The notes: generated by a model not told the origin, from the sequence alone. Positions 36,743 through 45,672 are shown, numbered from the stretch's first letter. The stretch: 64,000 nt of DNA from Elusimicrobiota bacterium (GCA_003482905.1 DMXM01000028.1:49703-113702); one strand, 5' to 3'. Made by a program: numbers and translations.

Positions 36743-38371
36743 ATGAACGCCATTTTCCAGGTACCCAAACCGCTGAACGAACCCGTATGGAATTACGCCC
36801 CCGGCAGCCCCGAGCGGGCCGAACTGAAGGCCAAGCTGGCCGAGCTGCGCGGCCAGGTCATAGAGATACCCCTTATAATAGGCGGCAAAGAAGTGCGCAC
36901 CGGCCGCACCGCCGACATCGTCATCCCGCACGAGAACAAGAAAGTGATAGGCCGCTTCCACAAGGCCGGCCCCAAAGAAGTGCAGCTGGCCATAGAGGCC
37001 GCGGCCGCGGCCAAAGCGGTCTGGAGCCATATGCCCTGGGAAGCCCGCGCCGCCGTATTCCTTAAAGCCGGCGAACTGCTGGCCAGCACCTGGCGCCAGA
37101 CCTTGAACGCCGCCACCATGCTGGGCCAATCCAAGAATCCCTACCAGGCCGAAATAGACTCCGCTTGCGAACTTGTGGATTTCTACCGCTTCAACACCCA
37201 CTATGCCGAGCAGATCTACGCCCAGCAGCCCTTCTCCCCGCGCGGCAACTGGAATTATATGGACTACCGCGCGCTGGAAGGCTTCGTCTTCGCGGTGACG
37301 CCCTTCAACTTCACCTCCATAGCCGGCAATCTGCCCACCGCGCCGGCCATCATGGGCAATACGGTCATCTGGAAGCCGGCCTCCACCGCCGTCTACTCCG
37401 GCTACTACCTTATGAAACTGTGGCAGGCGGCCGGCCTGCCGGACGGCGTCATCAACATGGTGCCCGGCTCCGGAGGCGAGGTGGGCAACCCCGTCATAGA
37501 CAGCCCGGACTTCATGGGCCTGCACTTCACCGGTTCCACCGCCGTGTTCAACGGCATGTGGTCGACCATCGTGAAGAATTTCGACAAGTACCGCGGTTAC
37601 CCGCGCATTGTCGGCGAGACCGGCGGCAAGGACTTCATCTTCGCCCACGCCTCCTGCGACACCGAGGCGCTCAAGACCGCCATTGTGCGCGGCTCCTACG
37701 AGTTCCAGGGGCAGAAATGCTCCGCGGCCAGCCGTTCCTATATCCCCCGCTCCGTCTGGAACGCCATAAAGGACGACCTGGTGGCGCAGATAAAGGGCCT
37801 GAAGATGGGCCCGGCCGAAGACTTCACCAACTTCGTCAACGCCGTCATCGACAAGAGCGCCTTCGACAATATCAAGGCCTATATAGACGTGGCCAGGAAA
37901 GCGCCGGACGCCAAGATACTGGCCGGCGGCGTTTGCGACGACACCGAAGGCTACTTCATACAGCCCACGCTCATAGAAACCACCAACCCGCGCTTCAAGA
38001 CCATGGAAGAGGAGATATTCGGGCCGGTGATGACCGTTTACGTCTACGAGGACGATAAGTTCGAGGAGACGCTGAAGGTGTGCGACGCCACCTCTCCCTA
38101 CGCGCTGACCGGCGCCATATTCGCGCAGGACCGCGCGGCGGTGCTGAAGGCGGCCGACCTGCTGGAGCATGCGGCCGGCAACTTCTACATAAACGACAAG
38201 CCCACCGGCGCCGTGGTAGGCCAGCAGCCTTTCGGCGGGGCCAGGGCCTCCGGCACCAACGACAAGGCCGGCTCCCTCCTTAACATGATGCGCTGGACCT
38301 CCCCGCGCTCCGTTAAGGAAAACTTCGTCCCCCCGCACAACTACCGCTACCCGTTCATGCTGGAAAAATAA
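36743..38371 (+). CDS. pruA: L-glutamate gamma-semialdehyde (1-pyrroline-5-carboxylate) dehydrogenase
   Basis: Aldehyde dehydrogenase fold with ETGGKD and FQGQKCSA catalytic Cys motif; long PruA-type N-terminus. Start set to ATG 36743, behind SD AAGGAGG. Confidence 0.85.
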   Translation: MNAIFQVPKPLNEPVWNYAPGSPERAELKAKLAELRGQVIEIPLIIGGKEVRTGRTADIVIPHENKKVIGRFHKAGPKEVQLAIEAAAAAKAVWSHMPWEARAAVFLKAGELLASTWRQTLNAATMLGQSKNPYQAEIDSACELVDFYRFNTHYAEQIYAQQPFSPRGNWNYMDYRALEGFVFAVTPFNFTSIAGNLPTAPAIMGNTVIWKPASTAVYSGYYLMKLWQAAGLPDGVINMVPGSGGEVGNPVIDSPDFMGLHFTGSTAVFNGMWSTIVKNFDKYRGYPRIVGETGGKDFIFAHASCDTEALKTAIVRGSYEFQGQKCSAASRSYIPRSVWNAIKDDLVAQIKGLKMGPAEDFTNFVNAVIDKSAFDNIKAYIDVARKAPDAKILAGGVCDDTEGYFIQPTLIETTNPRFKTMEEEIFGPVMTVYVYEDDKFEETLKVCDATSPYALTGAIFAQDRAAVLKAADLLEHAAGNFYINDKPTGAVVGQQPFGGARASGTNDKAGSLLNMMRWTSPRSVKENFVPPHNYRYPFMLEK

Positions 38372-38387
38372 AAATGAAAATGGAAAA

Positions 38388-38429
38388 GGGGACAGGCTAC
38401 TTTTTCGGATGAAAAAGTAGCCTGTCCCC
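38388..38429. repeat. repeat family A inverted doublet (REPIN-like hairpin) / probable terminator of pruA
   Basis: GGGGACAGGCTACTTTTTC-GGAT-GAAAAAGTAGCCTGTCCCC, with perfect 19-bp arms. Single copies of the GTAGCCTG(T/A)CCCC unit occur at 44707-44728 and 46625-46646. Confidence 0.8.
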
Positions 38430-38547
38430 TTTCCCATTTCGCAGGGACTAAAGGACTATTAAATAGGGGGTCCCTTGTTCGATGCGCGCGGGGCGGGGTC
38501 CTGGTAACATATATATGCCAAAAGGTAAGCCCGTGGCAGGAGAACAC

Positions 38548-39162
38548 ATGAAATCTATTAACCTTATAGCCTTTTCAGCGATAGTAAGCCTGGCAGCGGC
38601 CGCCAGCGCCGCTCCTTCATTCGAATCTCTGCTTAACACCAACGTCCGCTCAGAAAGCCTGACGGCGGCCGAATCCCCCGCGCCCCTGCCCGAAGAACGC
38701 TGCGTATACCCCGGCGACGACGCACCTATAGAGGACATACTTATCTGGATAGAGTGCATGGCTTACCCGCCCGGGTTCCCCCCGGAACCTGGCGCAACAA
38801 GGAACTACGGCGCCGTAGCGGAAAAGAGCGTGATGATGTCCCGCCTAAACATAAACGCCCTTAAAACCATAGCGCTTTCACTGCGCGATAGCTCCAAAGC
38901 CGCATCCGAGGCTTACGCGCGCGGAGTGCAGGAAACCGCCGCCGACATCGAACAAGCCGTCGCCGGGATGGAACAAGCCATTAAAACCCGCAACAGCATA
39001 ATGCTGCGCAGCGAGGCCTCCCGCATGGAACCCATGGCTGCCCGCCTGGCCGGCATTTCAGCCGGCATTCAAGGCAGCCAGGCCGGCAACAATATAAAGA
39101 AAATATCGGAGAACCTCAACACCTACCTGCTTGCCATCCGCTCCAACTCCGCGTTCCTTTAA
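38548..39162 (+). CDS. hypothetical secreted protein
   Basis: Start set to ATG 38548 behind AGGAG. Signal peptide MKSINLIAFSAIVSLAAAASA. Helical C-terminal half. No family recognised. Confidence 0.55.
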   Translation: MKSINLIAFSAIVSLAAAASAAPSFESLLNTNVRSESLTAAESPAPLPEERCVYPGDDAPIEDILIWIECMAYPPGFPPEPGATRNYGAVAEKSVMMSRLNINALKTIALSLRDSSKAASEAYARGVQETAADIEQAVAGMEQAIKTRNSIMLRSEASRMEPMAARLAGISAGIQGSQAGNNIKKISENLNTYLLAIRSNSAFL

Positions 39163-39177
39163 ACGCACCTCCTCCAA

Positions 39178-39210
39178 TTAAAACAGCCGGCCCAAGCCGG
39201 CTGTTTTAAT
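39178..39210. terminator. bidirectional intrinsic terminator
   Basis: AAAA-CAGCCGGC-CCAA-GCCGGCTG-TTTT, between convergent genes. Confidence 0.8.
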
Positions 39211-39213
39211 TGT

Positions 39214-39232
39214 CCGGAGGTTCAACCTCCGG
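39214..39232. repeat. hairpin repeat family D (CCGGAGGTTCAACCTCCGG)
   Basis: The same 15-nt palindromic core GGAGGTT(C/G)AACCTCC occurs twice more at 44984-45019. All copies flank the 3' ends of the two ssb genes. Confidence 0.75.
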
Positions 39233-39248
39233 ATAACCCATGACCGCC

Positions 39249-39271
39249 CTATCAAGGCCCGGCCTTGATAG
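39249..39271. repeat. hairpin CTATCAAGGCC-C-GGCCTTGATAG just downstream of ssb
   Basis: Perfect 11-bp arms. A half copy GGCCGGGCCTTGATAG is found at 45641-45656, upstream of the metalloprotease gene. Confidence 0.7.
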
Positions 39272-39275
39272 AACT

Positions 39276-39722
39276 TTAGAAGGGGACTTCTTCTATGCCG
39301 TCGCCGCCGGAAACCGAGGCTTTCGCGGCGGGTTCGGCTGCTTCCGAGGGACCGGCGGCGGAGTTGTCGCCGCGGCTGCCCAGGAATTCTATTTCGTCCA
39401 CGTAGACCACCATCTTGGTCTGTTTCTTGCCGTCTTCCTTGCCGGACCATTCTTCAAGAACAAGGTGCCCTTCCACATAGGCCTGGGAGCCTTTATGCAG
39501 GTATTTCTCTATAAGGTCGGCCATCTTGCGGCCGGTCTCGCGGTTAAAAGCCTTAAGGTCCACCCATACCGGGACTTCCTCCCACTGGCCTGTTTTCTGG
39601 TTCTTGCGGCGGTTGTTCACGGCAAAGCCGATATTAGCCACCTTGCCGCCATTGCTGAATTCTTTTATCTCGGGCTCGCGCGTCAGCCGGCCGATCAGCA
39701 TTACTTTGTTCAAATTCGCCAT
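39276..39722 (-). CDS. ssb: single-stranded DNA-binding protein (canonical, with C-terminal acidic/hydrophobic tip)
   Basis: OB fold MANLNKVMLIGRLTREPEIKEF... The disordered tail ends DGIEEVPF, resembling the DDDIPF tip. Confidence 0.9.
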   Translation of the reverse strand: MANLNKVMLIGRLTREPEIKEFSNGGKVANIGFAVNNRRKNQKTGQWEEVPVWVDLKAFNRETGRKMADLIEKYLHKGSQAYVEGHLVLEEWSGKEDGKKQTKMVVYVDEIEFLGSRGDNSAAGPSEAAEPAAKASVSGGDGIEEVPF

Positions 39723-39814
39723 ATAAGTCTCCTGTTAACTCGTATATATTCCAAAACCACCTGCCTGCCCCTGACTAATCTACCAATTTTTCCGCCCCGC
39801 CTCCAATGCGGCGT

Positions 39815-40633
39815 TCAATTCACCGAAGCTAAATTGAGGCCCAGCACGCGCCAGGAGGCGCCGGCCAGCCCGGCCAGGTAATCGGCGGCGGGCACGTCCA
39901 TGACCATTTTACCGTAAGCCGCGTGGCGGATGACCTTGCCGGCCGGCCCGTCGAAAATAAAGAACTGGTGCGACACCAGCGTGGGCTCATTGGGGTTGTC
40001 TTCCCTTACCAGCGCGGCCACCGTGCCGGACGGGATGCTGCCCAGCAGCGCGAAGACGGACTCCAGCGGCACATAGTCGATAGAGGCCTGCTGGTCGGGC
40101 ATGTCAGCGCCCAGGGCCCGCAGGCGGTTAAGCCGCGCCTCTATCTGCGCCGGCGGCTCAGCTTCGAAGCCCTGCATATCGGCCGCCGTCTTGGCGGCGT
40201 ACCATTCGCGTTTAGAAATGATCTTGCGCGCAGTCCTGGTATTGGCGCCGCCCACGCGCGCCGTTATGTCTTTGAGGAAGCCGGCCGCCATATTGTTGGG
40301 CAGCCAGTCCACCTCGGGGAAATGGTTGCGCGTCTGGTAGCTGATAAGGCCGTCCCGGTAGCGTATGCGGCGCAGGATATCCAGCGCCCGGTCCTCGCCC
40401 CCGCCCAAAGCGAAAGCCATGGTCTCTTCTACGAAAGTGGTGCAGTCCAGCTCCGTGTAGCTCAACAGCGGGCCCCGGTCGAATTCGGCGTCCGGCCCCT
40501 CGCCCAGCGGCCCCAGCACATAGGTGACGCCGAGGAATTTTTCGCTGGCGGCCAGCAGGCGCGGCCCCATGGCGTCCGCGCTTGCGCTAACGGCGGAGAA
40601 TAAAACGATAATTATGGCGGTAATTAATTTCAA
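39815..40633 (-). CDS. secreted DUF1460-like (amidase-like) protein
   Basis: Signal peptide. LGVTYVLGPLGEG...ELDCTTFVEETMAFAL resembles the DUF1460 / N-acetylmuramoyl-L-alanine amidase-like family, recalled from memory. Confidence 0.45.
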   Translation of the reverse strand: MKLITAIIIVLFSAVSASADAMGPRLLAASEKFLGVTYVLGPLGEGPDAEFDRGPLLSYTELDCTTFVEETMAFALGGGEDRALDILRRIRYRDGLISYQTRNHFPEVDWLPNNMAAGFLKDITARVGGANTRTARKIISKREWYAAKTAADMQGFEAEPPAQIEARLNRLRALGADMPDQQASIDYVPLESVFALLGSIPSGTVAALVREDNPNEPTLVSHQFFIFDGPAGKVIRHAAYGKMVMDVPAADYLAGLAGASWRVLGLNLASVN

Positions 40634-40732
40634 TCGGGTCTCTTATGAACGCTTTTGTCTATACTGATATTATAGCGCCCGGCGCCGGCCGGCGTAAGAG
40701 ACAATGGACCCACTCCGCCCCGGTCTTTGTAC

Positions 40733-42370
40733 CTAGACAGACAGCGTTTTTATCAGGCTTTCCGCTTCGGTGAATATGCGGCCCAGGTGGGCCTCCGAGC
40801 GGAAACTTTCGGCGTAGATCTTGTAGACGGGTTCGGTGCCGGAGGGCCGCGCGGCGAACCAGCCGCCGGTGGTAGTCACCTTTATACCGCCTATGGGCTC
40901 GTTATTGACCGGCGCGCGCGTTATAACGGTTTCCACTTTTTCACCGGCCAGCTCTTTGGCCGTCACCCGCTCCGGGGTAAGGGTCTTCAGCATTTTCTGC
41001 ATGGCCGGGGTCGCCGGCGCGTCCTGCCTGCGGTAGAAGAATTCGCCGTACTTAGCGGTAAGCTGTTTGTAAACCTGCGCCGGGTCTTTGCCAGTCTTCG
41101 CGGTTATCTCGCCCGACAGCAGCGCCATTATTATGCCGTCCTTGTCCGTGCTCCAGGGGCCCCCGTCGAAACGCAGGAACGAAGCCCCGGCGCTCTCCTC
41201 TCCGCCGAAGCCGAAGCTGCCGTCCAGCAGCCCGTCCACAAACCACTTAAAGCCCACGGGCACCTCGCTGACCCGCCGCCCCAGGCCGGCCGCCACGCGG
41301 TCTATCATGCAGCTCGACACCGCGGTTTTACCAACGGCGGCGTCGGGGCGCCAGCCAGGCCGGTTCCGGAATAAATAATGTATAGCCGCAGACAGATAAT
41401 GGTTGGGCGGCAGCAGGCCGGCGCGCGTCACTATGCCGTGGCGGTCATAATCCGTGTCGCACCCGAAGGCTATGTCGAAGCGGTCCTTCATGCCTATCAG
41501 CCGCTGCATGGCGTAAGCCGAAGACGGGTCCATGCGGATCTTGCCGTCCCAGTCGGCCGTCATAAAAGAAAAGGATTTATCCACCACGTCGCTTACCACG
41601 GTGAGGTCCACTTTATACAGCTCCGCTATGCGCCCCCAGTACTTCACGCCGGCGCCGCCAAGCGGGTCAGCGCCCATCTTTACGCAGGCGCTCCGTATGG
41701 CCTCCATGTCCACCACCCCGGCCAGGCCGCGCACATATTCGCCGGTATAGTCGTAGCGGCGCGTGGTGTGGGCCTGCAGGGCGGCCGCCAGCCGCAGCCG
41801 TTTCACCCCGGCCAGGCCGCCGGCCAATATTTCATTGGCCAGGGCCTGCACAACGCCGGTTATTTCGGGGCCGGCCGGGCCGCCGCTGGGCGGGTTGTAT
41901 TTAAAACCTCCGTCGGCCGGAGGATTATGCGAGGGGGTTATAAGTATGCCGTCGGCCAGGCCGGCGGTGCGCCCGGCATTATGGGCCAGTATGGCGCGCG
42001 ACAGGGCCGGCGTGGGCGTGTAGCCGTTATCGGAATCTATCATTACGTGCACGCCGTTGGCGGCCAGCACTTCCAGCGCCGTCTCGAAGGCGGGCACGCT
42101 CAGGGCGTGCGTATCCATGCCTATGAACAACGGGCCGTCTATGCCCGCGGTTTTGCGGTATTGGCAGATGGCCTGGGTTACGGCCAGTATGTGCCGCTCG
42201 TTGAAGGAGCGCAGGAGCGAACTGCCCCTGTGCCCGGAAGTCCCGAAGGATATCTTCTGGGCCGCCTCGTTGTGGTCTGGCGTTTCCTTATAATAGGCCG
42301 CCAGCAGGCCGGGGATGTCGGTCAGCATTTCTTTAGGCAGGGTTTTTCCGGCAAGTTCGCTTATAGGCAT
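40733..42370 (-). CDS. pgm: phosphoglucomutase (alpha-D-glucose phosphate-specific)
   Basis: 545 aa. FGTSGHRGSS, phosphoserine loop TPSHNPP, GCDTDYDRHG and GGEESAG motifs. Confidence 0.9.
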   Translation of the reverse strand: MPISELAGKTLPKEMLTDIPGLLAAYYKETPDHNEAAQKISFGTSGHRGSSLLRSFNERHILAVTQAICQYRKTAGIDGPLFIGMDTHALSVPAFETALEVLAANGVHVMIDSDNGYTPTPALSRAILAHNAGRTAGLADGILITPSHNPPADGGFKYNPPSGGPAGPEITGVVQALANEILAGGLAGVKRLRLAAALQAHTTRRYDYTGEYVRGLAGVVDMEAIRSACVKMGADPLGGAGVKYWGRIAELYKVDLTVVSDVVDKSFSFMTADWDGKIRMDPSSAYAMQRLIGMKDRFDIAFGCDTDYDRHGIVTRAGLLPPNHYLSAAIHYLFRNRPGWRPDAAVGKTAVSSCMIDRVAAGLGRRVSEVPVGFKWFVDGLLDGSFGFGGEESAGASFLRFDGGPWSTDKDGIIMALLSGEITAKTGKDPAQVYKQLTAKYGEFFYRRQDAPATPAMQKMLKTLTPERVTAKELAGEKVETVITRAPVNNEPIGGIKVTTTGGWFAARPSGTEPVYKIYAESFRSEAHLGRIFTEAESLIKTLSV

Positions 42371-42403
42371 ATCAATCCTTTTACAACCTGTGTCTTTCCC
42401 GCG

Positions 42404-44656
42404 TCAGCTGTCCTGCAGGCGGCGCAGTTCGCGGTCGGCGTCGCGCAGACGCAGCGCCTCCACGGTGGCCAGCCGCTGGAAGAAAGCCGTGCCCACTATG
42501 GGGTTGCGCCCGGAGATCTCGTCGAAGGCGGCCCGGCTGATAACGTACAGGTCCGTGTCCGTCAGGGCTATGGCGTCGGCCGTGCGGGCCGTGCGGTTCA
42601 AAAAAGCCACCTCGCCAAAGAAGTCCCCGGGGCCGAAAACGGCCAGGTGGTGCTGGCGGTGCGTGCTTTTAAGCGGCAGCACTATGCGCACCTTGCCGCG
42701 CCGTATCAGAAAAAGCTCCTCGCCGTGGCCCTTGCGCAGGAACACCGGCTTGCCGGCTTCCACCCGCAATTCTTTGAACACCACCCGCAGGTCCGCCAGG
42801 GAAAGCTCGTCCATCTCGCGCAGGAAATCTATCTCGCCCAGGTCCAGCAGTTCGCCGTAGTACAGGCGCTTTACCCCGGCCTCTTCCAGTATCTTGTCCT
42901 CGGCCCACTCCAGCGCGTCGTGCATGGTTTCGAACACCCGCCCGCCGCCTTCGTGATGCGTAAGCCCCAGCTGCCTGAAATAACCGCCCAGGTCCTGCCC
43001 GGTGGGGAGGCTCGCCGGCAGATGCGAGAACACCAGCGCGCCGCCGCGTTCGCGCATTATCTCCCCCACCTGCTCCAGCATATGCACGGCGGTAAAATCC
43101 ACGGAAGTGACGCGGCGCATGTCTATTATCAGGCGCCTGCACGCGCGCATGTCGCTTTCTATTTCCGAGAACAGCTGGTCGGTAGTGCCGAAGAACAGGC
43201 TGCCCTGCAGTTCCACCACCAGCGTTTCGCCGCCGCGCGCGGTAAGGGCGGCGCGCTCGCGCGGCAGGCGCTGCTGCTTGGAGGAGATCTCCAGGCCGGT
43301 GGCTTTGCGCCGCACCACGTTGCTGCTCATCTGCTCGCGGATGAAGAGCAGCATGGAAAAACCTATCCCCACGCCGGCGGCCACTATCAGGTCCGACACC
43401 AGCGCCGTGCCGGCCACGGAGATGACCACGGCGAAGTCCAGCATGGTGGTGCGCCGCAGCGCCAGCCGCACGCTGGAACGGTCTATCATGCGCGTCCCCA
43501 CCACTATCAGTATGCCGGCCAGCGCGGCCAGCGGTATGCGGCCGATAGTGCCGCCCAGCACCAGCGCCGCCGCAAGGGCGAAAGCGCCCTCCAGCATGCC
43601 GGCGGCGCGCGTTCGCCCGCCGCTGGCCAGGCTTACCATGGTGGCACCCAGCGTGCCGGCGCCGGGCATGCCGCCCAGCAGCGCCGAGATTATATTGCCG
43701 GCGCCCTGCCCGGTAAGTTCCCTGTTGGAATTATGGCGGGCGCGCACTATGGAATCCGTCACCACGCAGGTTTTAAGCGTGTCTATGGAAAGCAGCACCG
43801 ACAGGGTAAGCGTGGGGCCGATGAGCAGACGCAGGTCGTCCCACCCGAGCAGGCGCAGCGCGCCCAGATTGGCCGCGATACTTCCCATTATGGCGCCGGG
43901 GCTGGTGGAGATGGCGCCTATGATGAACGGGTTGGCATCCATGGCCAGCAGCTGCGGGCGCAGCAGCCCGGCGGCCAAATGCGCGGCTATACCGGCGGCA
44001 AGGCCCAGTATGGCGGCCGGCACCTTTTTGGTGAAGCGCGGCGCCGCCACCATGACCGCGGCCGTAACAATGGCCACGCCCACCGCCGGCCATTGCCAGG
44101 CCGTGGGCGTCAGCAGGCCGGACAGCGGGTCGGCGTTCTTGGCCAGGCCCAGCAGCGGCACTATCTGCTTAATTATAATCAGCAGGCCCACGCCGCTCAT
44201 ATAGCCGGTAACCACGGGATAAGGGATGTATTTAATAAGACGCCCGCCGCCAAGCGCGCCGTACACCGCCTGCAATACTCCGGAGAACAGGCCCACCAGC
44301 ACCAGCGATACTATAACCGCCGCGGGTGGGGCGCCGCCGGCCAGAAGCTGGGCGCACAGCGCGGCCATAACGGCCGCCGCAGGCGCGCAGGGCGCCGATA
44401 TGAGGCGCGGCGCGCCGCCAAGCGCCGGCGCCACCAGGCCCATAGCCACGGTGCCGATAACTCCCACAAGCGCGCCGGCGCCCACAAAACCCGGCCCCAG
44501 CGGGGCGTACATGGCCACGCCGAAAGCTATGGCCGACGGCAGCGCCACCAGCATGGCCGCCAGCCCGCCGCCGGCGTCGGCCCAGCCCATTTTCTCCGGG
44601 ACAGGCGCGTTAATTGTGCCCGGGGATGTCTCTAAAATGTTTTCACTTGATGCCAT
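42404..44656 (-). CDS. SulP-family anion transporter with STAS domain and C-terminal cyclic-nucleotide-binding domain
   Basis: Polytopic SulP core. STAS region (VVELQGSLFFGTTDQL...). CAP-type cNMP domain (FGPGDFFGEVAFLNRTARTADAIA). Confidence 0.8.
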   Translation of the reverse strand: MASSENILETSPGTINAPVPEKMGWADAGGGLAAMLVALPSAIAFGVAMYAPLGPGFVGAGALVGVIGTVAMGLVAPALGGAPRLISAPCAPAAAVMAALCAQLLAGGAPPAAVIVSLVLVGLFSGVLQAVYGALGGGRLIKYIPYPVVTGYMSGVGLLIIIKQIVPLLGLAKNADPLSGLLTPTAWQWPAVGVAIVTAAVMVAAPRFTKKVPAAILGLAAGIAAHLAAGLLRPQLLAMDANPFIIGAISTSPGAIMGSIAANLGALRLLGWDDLRLLIGPTLTLSVLLSIDTLKTCVVTDSIVRARHNSNRELTGQGAGNIISALLGGMPGAGTLGATMVSLASGGRTRAAGMLEGAFALAAALVLGGTIGRIPLAALAGILIVVGTRMIDRSSVRLALRRTTMLDFAVVISVAGTALVSDLIVAAGVGIGFSMLLFIREQMSSNVVRRKATGLEISSKQQRLPRERAALTARGGETLVVELQGSLFFGTTDQLFSEIESDMRACRRLIIDMRRVTSVDFTAVHMLEQVGEIMRERGGALVFSHLPASLPTGQDLGGYFRQLGLTHHEGGGRVFETMHDALEWAEDKILEEAGVKRLYYGELLDLGEIDFLREMDELSLADLRVVFKELRVEAGKPVFLRKGHGEELFLIRRGKVRIVLPLKSTHRQHHLAVFGPGDFFGEVAFLNRTARTADAIALTDTDLYVISRAAFDEISGRNPIVGTAFFQRLATVEALRLRDADRELRRLQDS

Positions 44657-44706
44657 TGCTTTATTCCTGGCCGCTGTAAAACTTGTATCAGTTTACAAAA
44701 TTAAAA

Positions 44707-44728
44707 AAAGTAGCCTGACCCCATTTTT
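44707..44728 (+). repeat. repeat family A single copy (AAAGTAGCCTGACCCCATTTTT)
   Basis: Matches the right arm of the 38388-38429 doublet and the copy at 46625-46646. Lies in a divergent intergenic region. Confidence 0.7.
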
Positions 44729-44781
44729 ATAAATTCTATAATAGTGTAAAGGTCAAAGCCGCTTCAAGGGATATTTAAAAT

Positions 44782-45012
44782 ATGGTCATATTACCCAAAC
44801 TCCGCTGCCCCAACTGCGGCAAAGGCATGGGCCCGATAAAAGCCAACGAGGTTCCGCCGGCCAATACCTACGACGAGTGTCTGCGCCGCTGCCCCAGGTG
44901 CAAGATAGGCGCCACCAACGCCAAAAGTTTCGCCAAAGTAAAGTTCATATACGCCGACCCGTCCCAAAAGCCCCCGCCCCAGCCCGGAGGTTCAACCTCC
45001 AACGGAGGTTGA
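44782..45012 (+). CDS. small zinc-ribbon protein (hypothetical)
   Basis: CPNC...CPRC pair. TATAAT lies at ~44738 and AAGGGA upstream of the ATG. The last 9 codons are encoded by the family D hairpin repeat. Confidence 0.45.
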   Translation: MVILPKLRCPNCGKGMGPIKANEVPPANTYDECLRRCPRCKIGATNAKSFAKVKFIYADPSQKPPPQPGGSTSNGG

Positions 45013-45019
45013 ACCTCCG
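44984..45019. repeat. two tandem family D hairpins (GGAGGTTCAACCTCC-AAC-GGAGGTTGAACCTCC)
   Basis: Two copies in opposite orientation. The same unit occurs at 39214-39232. Confidence 0.75.
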
Positions 45020-45023
45020 ATAA

Positions 45024-45057
45024 AGAGCCGGGGCACGAAGCCCCGGTTCTTTATTTT
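45024..45057. terminator. intrinsic terminator between the zinc-ribbon ORF and ssb2
   Basis: AGAGCCGGGGC-ACGAA-GCCCCGGTTCT followed by TTATTTT. Confidence 0.7.
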
Positions 45058-45064
45058 CACCCGG

Positions 45065-45535
45065 CTATTTGCGGCTGGCGGCCCTGGCCGGCTTGGGCGC
45101 CGGTTCCTCGGGCCAGCCGGCGTCGGCCACATGCTCCCCCGGGGCGTGGTCCGCGGGGCCGGGCGCGGGTTCGCCTTCCGCCCTGGGCTTCTCGCCAAGG
45201 AACTCTATATCGTCCGCGTATATATACAGCTTGGAGTGGTGCTTGCCGTCCTCTTTGCCGTCCCATTGCTCCAGCACCAAATGCCCCTCCACGTACACCT
45301 GCCGCCCCTTTTTCAGCATGCCGGCCAGGTCCGCCAGCCGGCGCCCGTGCTCGTGGTTGTAGGCCTTCATGTTCAGCCACACCGGCGTCTCCTCCCACTC
45401 GCCGGTATTGGCGTTCTTGCGCCTGTTGTGCACGGCAAAGCCCAGGTTGGCCACTTTGCCCCCGTTCTTAAACTCCGTCACCTCCGGGTCCCGCGTCAGC
45501 CGCCCTATCAGCATCACTTTATTCAGGTTTCCCAT
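45065..45535 (-). CDS. SSB paralog lacking the canonical acidic C-terminal tip
   Basis: The OB fold is roughly two-thirds identical by eye to ssb at 39276-39722 (MGNLNKVMLIGRLTRDPEVTEF...). The tail ends ...PKPARAASRK (basic). SD AAGGGGG. Confidence 0.85.
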   Translation of the reverse strand: MGNLNKVMLIGRLTRDPEVTEFKNGGKVANLGFAVHNRRKNANTGEWEETPVWLNMKAYNHEHGRRLADLAGMLKKGRQVYVEGHLVLEQWDGKEDGKHHSKLYIYADDIEFLGEKPRAEGEPAPGPADHAPGEHVADAGWPEEPAPKPARAASRK

Positions 45536-45575
45536 ACGTCCCCCTTACCGAGTGTATTTACGTCTTGCCACGCAA

Positions 45576-45610
45576 ATAGCATAGCAGACCATCCCGACAG
45601 CGTATTGTCG
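45576..45610 (-). promoter_or_regulatory. conserved promoter/operator block (family C) upstream of ssb2
   Basis: Minus strand: CGACAATACGCTGTCGGGATGGTCTGCTATGCTAT. 30 of 35 nt are identical to 62007-62041. Palindrome CGACA-N6-TGTCG, then TATGCTAT as a -10 candidate. Confidence 0.6.
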
Positions 45611-45672
45611 CGTTAAAAACGGCTATTTTTCGGATATGGAGGCCGGGCCTTGATAGGGTAGAATATTACATT

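Noticed and set aside
3558-38437. Other long antisense ORFs (3558-5042, 7656-9050, 12681-14108, 14205-15632, 16611-18191, 25051-26562, 31352-32692, 36719-38437 and others)
   Set aside because: Each overlaps, on the opposite strand, a gene with strong diagnostic motifs (GGDEF, Ctp, TolC, MFP, RND, GalT, HK, PruA). Their compositions are Arg/Ala/Gly/Pro-biased and they have no start-site signals.
41378-44635. 1085-aa plus-strand ORF, the longest in the track
   Set aside because: It lies antisense to pgm and the SulP transporter, both of which have clear family motifs. Its translation is an Arg/Gly/Ala/His/Gln-rich low-complexity string with no motifs. This is a typical shadow ORF of a GC-rich genome.
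44984-45019. Closely spaced identical palindromes considered as a mini CRISPR-like array
   Set aside because: There are only two units in opposite orientation separated by 3 nt, with no spacers and no cas genes. No CRISPR array exists anywhere in the window.
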